NCBI RefSeq assembly: GCF_009914755.1
Contig: NC_060948.1
Origin: the human T2T-CHM13v2.0 reference genome, Homo sapiens
Reading direction: 5' to 3' (one strand)
Length of the DNA stretch: 64,000 bases
Positions within the stretch are counted from its first letter, which is position 1. Each line of letters opens with the position of its first letter. Both the position numbers and the translations under genes were made by a program. Shown here piece by piece: positions 57,701-64,000 of the stretch. The notes beneath the pieces were generated by a model, which saw only the letters and a program-made list of their open reading frames with translations, did no database searches and was not told the origin of the DNA.

Positions 57701-60700
57701 CCAATGGAATGGAATCAAATGGAAGGGAATCGAACGGAATGGACTCGAAGGGAAAAGACTGCAATGGAAAGGTCTCGAATGGAATGGAAATTAATGGAAT
57801 GGAATGGAATCGAATGAAATGGAGTCAAAAGGAATGGAATCGAATGGCAAGAAATCGAATGTAATGGAATCACAAGGAATTGATGTGAACGGAACGGAAT
57901 GGAATGGAATCCAAAGGAATGGAATAGAATGGAATGGAATCGAATGGAAAGGACTCGAATGGAAATCACTCGAATAGAATGCAATTTAATAAAATAGGAT
58001 CAAATGTAATGGAATGGAATGGAAAGGAATCGAAACGAAAGGAATGGAGACAGATGGAATGGAATAGAACAGAGAGCAATGGTATAGAATGGAATGGAAT
58101 CATCTGGAATGGAATTGAATGGAATGGAATAATATGAAATGGAATGGAATGGAATGGAATGGAATGCCCTTGAATTAAATGGACTGGAATGGAATGGACT
58201 CGAACAGAGTGGAATGGAAAGTGTTGAGATAGAATGGAATGGACTCCTTTGGAATGGTGTAGTATGCAATGCAATCGACTGGCAGGGAATCAAAAGGAAT
58301 GTAATGGAATGGACTGGACTGGAATGCAATGGACTCGAATAGATTGGAAACGGAATGCAAAGGAATGGAATGGAATAGTATGGAATGGAATGGAAAGGAA
58401 TGGAGTGGAATAGACTAGAGTGGAATGGAATGGACTGGAAAGCAATGGACTGGAATGGAACTTTCTTGAATGGACTGAAATCAAACGGAATGGAATGCAA
58501 TGCAATCGAATGGCATGGAATAAAATAGAATGAAAGAGAATCAAATGGAATTGAATCGAATGGAATCGAATGGATTGGAAAGGAATAGAATGGAATTGAA
58601 TGGAATGGACTCAAATGGAATGGACTAGAATGGAATGGATTCGAATGGAAGGCAAAGGAATGGAATCTATTGGAATGGACTGTAATGGAATGGAATGGAA
58701 GGGATTGGAATGGACTCGAATGGAATGGACTGCAATAGAAAGGATTCGAATGGAATGAAAAAGAATTGAATGGAATAGAACAGAATGGAATCAAATCGAA
58801 TGAAATGGAATGGAATAGAAAGGAATGGAATGAAATGGAATGGAAAGGATTCGAATGGAATGCAATCGAATGGAATGGAATCGAACGGAATGGAATAAAA
58901 TGGAAGAAAACTGGCAAGAAATGGAATCGAAATGAATGGAGTGTTATGGAACGGACTCAAAAGGAATTGAATGTAATAGAATGGAGTGGAGTGGACTCGA
59001 ATATAATGGACTGGAATGGAATGAAATCACATGGAATGGGAACGAATGGAATGGAATGGAAAGGAATGGAATCGAATGGAAAGGAATCGAATGGAAGGGA
59101 ATGAAATTGAATCAACAGGAATGGAAGGGAATAGAATAGACGGTAATGGAATGGACTCGAATAGAATGGACACGAATGCTCAAATTGAATGGACTCGAAT
59201 GGAATGGAAACGAAAGGAATGTCATCGAATGGAATTGAATCGATTGGAATGAAATCGCATAGAATGGAGTGGAATCAAATGGAATTGAATCGAAAGGAAA
59301 GGAAGCGAATGGACTGAAATGAAATGGAATGGAATTGAATGGAAAGTAATGCAATGGAATAGAATGGAACGAAATTTCACGGAATGGAATCAAACTGAAT
59401 GGAATCAAATCAATGGAATCAAATCAAATGGAATGGAAAGGAATTGAATGGAGTAGATTGGATTGGACGGGATTGGAATGAAATGTACTGGAAAGGACTC
59501 GAATTTCATGAAACGGAATGGAATGAATTGGAACGGAATGGACTCGAATGGAATGGAATGTCATGGAATGGCATCAAATGGAATGGCATCAAATGGAATG
59601 GAATCGAATGCAATGGAATGCTATGGAATGGAATGGAATGCATTGGAATGGAATGTCCTCTAATGGAATGGATTCGAGTGGAATGGAATCGAATATAATG
59701 GAGTCGAATGAAATGGAATTGAAAGGAATGGGATCGAATACAATGGAATATACTGGAATGTAATGTAATGAACTCGAATGTAATTGACTGGAATGGAATG
59801 TACATGAATGGAATGTAATCGAATGGAAAGTAATCCAATGGAATAGAATCTAATGCAATAAAATCGACTCAGATAGAGTAGAATGTAATGGAATGGAGTG
59901 CAGTGCAATGGAATGGAATGGAATGGAATGCAATTGAATGGAATGGAATGGAATGGAATGGAATGGAATGGAATGGAATGGAATGGAATGGGATGGAATG
60001 GTATGGAATGGATAGTAATGGACTGGAGTGAAATGGACTGGAAAGGAATGGACTCAAATTGAAAGGGCTCGAAAGGAATGGAGTCAAATGGAATGGTCTG
60101 GAATGGAATGAACACGAATGTAATGCAATCCAATAGAATGGAATCGAATGGCATGGAATATAAAGAAATGGAATCGGAGAGAATGGAAACAAATGGAGTG
60201 GAATTGAATGGAATGGAATTGAATGGAATGGGAACGAATGGAGTGAAATTGTATGCAGTAGAAGGGAATAGAATGGAATGCAAGTGAAAGGAAAGGAATG
60301 GATTGGAATGGAATGGAATTCATTGGAATGGAAGGGAATGTAGTGTAATGGACAGGCCTGGAATAAAGTGGAATGCTACGGTCTCGAATGGAATAAAAAT
60401 GTATGGAATGGAATGCAATGAAATGGAATCGAATGTCATAGAATGTAATGGAATGCAACAAAATGGAATCCAAAATCATTGACTGGAAAGGCTGGGTGTC
60501 GAAAGGAATTGACTCCAATGGAATGGAATCAAATGGAATGGAAGTGAATAGAATCGAACTAAATCGAATGGAATGGAATTGATAGGAACGGAATGGAAAG
60601 GAATGCAATGATTTGGCATGGAATGGAATCGAATGGCATCGAATGGAATGGAATGGAATGCAATGGAATGGAATGTATTAGAATGTAATGAACTTTAATG

Positions 60701-63700
60701 GAATGTACTCGAATGGATTCGACTGGAATGGAATGTTCTGGAAGTGAATGGACTCCAATGGAATGGATTCAAAAGGAATGGAATCGTACGGAATGGAATC
60801 TAATGGAATGGAATTAAATGGAAATGAATCAAATTGAATAGAACGGAATTGAATTGAATGGAATGGAATGCAATGGAATCTAACGAAACGGAAAGGAAAG
60901 GAATGCAATGGAATGGAATGGGCTGGAATGGAAAGGAATTGAAACGAATGGAATGGAATCGAACTGAAGAGACTGGAATGGAATGCACTGGAATGGAAGG
61001 GAGTGTAATGGAAGGTTCTCGAAAAAAATGGAATCGAATGGAATGGAATTGAATGGAACGGAATAGAGTCGAATGGAATTGAATGGAATGGAATGGACTA
61101 GAGTGAAATGGAATCGAACCACAAGGAATGGACAGGAATAGAATGGTCTCGAATTGAATGGAATCGTATGGAATGGCATCAAACGGAATGGAATGGACAG
61201 CCACGGAATGGAATGCACTCGAATGCAATGGAGTCGAAACTAATGGACTGGAATAGAATGGACTCGACTGGTACGGACTCCAATGGAATGGAATCGAATG
61301 GAAGGGAATCGAACGGAATGGACTCGAAGGGAAAAGACTGCAATGGAAAGGTCTCGAATGGAATGGAAATTAATGGAATGGAATGGAATCGAATGAAATG
61401 GAGTCAAAAGGAATGGAATCGAATGGCAAGAAATCGAATGTAATGGAATCGCAAGGAATTGATGTGAACGGAACGGAATGGAATGGAATCCAAAGGAATG
61501 GAATAGAATGGAATGGAATCGAATGGAAAGGACTCGAATGGAAATCACTCGAATAGAATGCAATTTAATAAAATAGGATCAAATGTAATGGAATGGAATG
61601 GAAAGGAATCGAAACGAAAGGAATGGAGACAGATGGAATGGAATGGAACAGAGAGCAATGGTATAGAATGGAATGGAATCATCTGGAAAGGAATTGAATG
61701 GAATGGAATAATATGAAATGGAATGGAATGGAATGGAATGGAATGCCCTTGAATTAAATGGACTGGAATGGAATGGACTCGAACAGAGTGGAATGGAAAG
61801 TGTTGAGATAGAATGGAATGGACTCCTTTGGAATGGTGTAGTATGCAATGCAATCGACTGGCAGGGAATCAAAAGGAATGTAATCGAATGGATTGGACTG
61901 GAATGCAATGGACTCGAATAGATTGGAAACGGAATGCAAAGGAATGGAATGGAATAGTATGGAATGGAATGGAAAGGAATGGAGTGGAATAGACTAGAGT
62001 GGAATGGAATGGACTGGAAAGCAATGGACTGGAATGGAACTTTCTTGAATGGACTGGAATCAAACGGAATGGAATGCAATGCAATCAAATGGCATGGAAT
62101 AAAATAGAATGAAAGAGAATCAAATGGAATTGAATCGAATGGAATCGAATGGATTGGAAAGGAATAGAATGGAATGGAATGGAATGGACTCAAATGGAAT
62201 GGACTAGAATGGAATGGATTCGAATGGAAGGCAAAGGAATGGAATCTATTGGAATGGACTGTAATGGAATGGAATGGAAGGGATTGGAATGGACTCGAAT
62301 GGAATGGACTGCAATAGAAAGGATTCGAATGGAATGAAAAAGAATTGAATGGAATAGAACAGAATGGAATCAAATCGAATGAAATGGAATGGAATAGAAA
62401 GGAATGGAATGAAATGGAATGGAAAGGATTCGAATGGAATGCAATCGAATGGAATGGAATCGAACGGAATGGAATAAAATGGAAGAAAACTGGCAAGAAA
62501 TGGAATCGAAATGAATGGAGTGTTATGGAACGGACTCAAAAGGAATTGAATGTAATAGAATGGAGTGGAGTGGACTCGAATATAATGGACTGGAATGGAA
62601 TGAAATCACATGGAATGGGAACGAATGGAATGGAATGGAAAGGAATGGAATCGAATGGAAAGGAATCGAATGGAAGGGAATGAAATTGAATCAACAGGAA
62701 TGGAAGGGAATAGAATAGACGGTAATGGAATGGACTCGAATAGAATGGACACGAATGCTCAAATTGAATGGACTCGAATGGAATGGAAACGAAAGGAATG
62801 TCATCGAATGGAATTGAATCGATTGGAATGAAATCGCATAGAATGGAGTGGAATCAAATGGAATTGAATCGAAAGGAAAGGAAGCGAATGGACTGAAATG
62901 AAATGGAATGGAATTGAATGGAAAGTAATGCAATGGAATAGAATGGAACGAAATTTCACGGAATGGAATCAAACTGAATGGAATCAAATCAATGGAATCT
63001 AATCAAATGGAATGGAAAGGAATTGAATGGAGTAGATTGGATTGGATGGGATTGGAATGAAATGTACTGGAAAGGACTCGAATTTCATGAAACGGAATGG
63101 AATGAATTGGAACGGAACGGACTCGAATGGAATGGAATGTCATGGAATGGCATCAAATGGAATGGCATCAAATGGAATGGAATCGAATGCAATGGAATGC
63201 TATGGAATGGAATGGAATGCATTTTAATGGAATGTCCTCTAATGGAATGGATTCGAGTGGAATGGAATCGAATATAATGGAGTCGAATGAAATGGAATTG
63301 AAAGGAATGGGATCGAATACAATGGAATATACTGGAATGAAATGTAATGAACTCGAATGTAATTGACTGGAATGGAATGTACATGAATGGAATGTAATCG
63401 AATGGAAATTAATCCAATGGAATAGAATCTAATGCAATAAAATCGACTCAGATAGAGTAGAATGTAATGGAATGGAGTGCAGTGCAATGGAATGGAATGG
63501 AATGGAATGGAATGGAATGGTGTGGAATGGATAGTAATGGACTGGAGTGAAATGGACTGGAAAGGAATGGACTCAAATTGAAAGGGCTCGAAAGGAATGG
63601 AGTCAAATGGAATGGTCTGGAATGGAATGAACACGAATGTAATGCAATCCAATAGAATGGAATCGAATGGCATGGAATATAAAGAAATGGAATCGAAGAG

Positions 63701-64000
63701 AATGGAAACAAATGGAATGGAATTGAATGGAATGGAATTGAATGGAATGGGAACTAATGGAGTGAAATTGTATGCAGTAGAAGGGAATAGAATGGAATGC
63801 AAGCGAAAGGAAAGGAATGGATTGGAATGGAATGGAATTCATTGGAATGGAAGGGAATGTAGTGTAATGGACAGGCCTGGAATAAAGTGGAATGCTACGG
63901 TCTCGAATGGAATAAAAATGTATGGAATGGAATGCAATGAAATGGAATCGAATGTCATAGAATGTAATGGAATGCAAAAAAATGGAATCCAAAATCATTG
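30704..64000 (+). repeat. Second DYZ1 subfamily block
   Basis: All monomers here carry one rather than two copies of GGAAGGGAATCGAAC, plus GTAGATTGG, GTCATGGAAT, GCAATCCAAT, AGTGTTGAGA, GACTCGAACAGA and TGGACTCCTTT. Monomers to the left carry GTAGATGGG, GTCATGGGAT, GCAACCCAAT, AGTGTGGAGA, GACTCAAACAGA and TGAACTCCTT(T). Confidence 0.85.

Larger units (their letters stand above)
1..64000 (+). repeat. DYZ1: Human Satellite III (HSat3) DYZ1 tandem array, Yq12-type heterochromatin; ~18 monomers of ~3.56 kb built from diverged GGAAT pentamers
   Basis: Continuous (GGAAT)n with variants (CGAAT, TGAAT, GCAAT, GGACT) on the + strand. A single GGCC (within AGGCCT) recurs at 3281, 6845, 10423, 13992, 17570, 21139, 24706, 28279, 31877, 35421, 38975, 42529, 46088, 49652, 53217, 56791, 60355 and 63874. 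Spacings are 3564, 3578, 3569, 3578, 3569, 3567, 3573, 3598, 3544, 3554, 3554, 3559, 3564, 3565, 3574, 3564 and 3519 bp. A GAATTC lies 39 bp upstream of each GGCC (e.g. 3242). This matches the classical ~3.4 kb HaeIII / 3,564-bp EcoRI DYZ1 unit. Confidence 0.97.

Noticed and set aside
191-63998. Hundreds of ORFs of 61-305 aa on both strands (MEWNG.../IPFHS...)
   Set aside because: (GGAAT)n translates to the 5-residue cycles MEWNG and IPFHS without stop codons, so these ORFs are expected by chance. They overlap in all frames, recur at monomer period, and are broken freely by indels.
1-64000. CRISPR-like or other repeat-spacer array
   Set aside because: There are no unique spacers. All intervening sequence is degenerate pentamer repeated at 3.56 kb, and there are no cas-like genes.
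1-64000. DYZ2 (HSat1B, Alu-containing) block, Alu/L1 insertion or strand inversion
   Set aside because: None seen. Orientation stays GGAAT on the + strand throughout, and monomer spacing leaves no room for insertions.

Overview
The whole 64 kb window is one uninterrupted, single-orientation array of human Satellite III (GGAAT/CATTC pentamer). It is organised as the ~3.56 kb DYZ1 higher-order monomer characteristic of Yq12 heterochromatin: about 18 monomers, each with one HaeIII/StuI site and normally one EcoRI site. I see no genuine protein-coding gene, RNA gene, transposon, CRISPR array or DYZ2/Alu block. All listed ORFs (MEWNG/IPFHS repeats) are translation artefacts of the pentamer. The informative signal lies in the variants between monomers: (1) three perfect nGAAnnTTCnnGAAn heat-shock elements embedded in each monomer (49 intact in the window by my count); (2) a monomer with a 960-bp deletion and 22-bp junction homology at the window start; (3) a 7,147-bp AB dimer super-repeat at ~3-24 kb; (4) a sharp subfamily switch at ~30 kb, followed by one highly divergent monomer; (5) mosaic variant sharing and a net-zero 15-bp register shift suggesting gene conversion. 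All comparisons were made by eye and need alignment to confirm. I found no evidence for a novel gene-based system.
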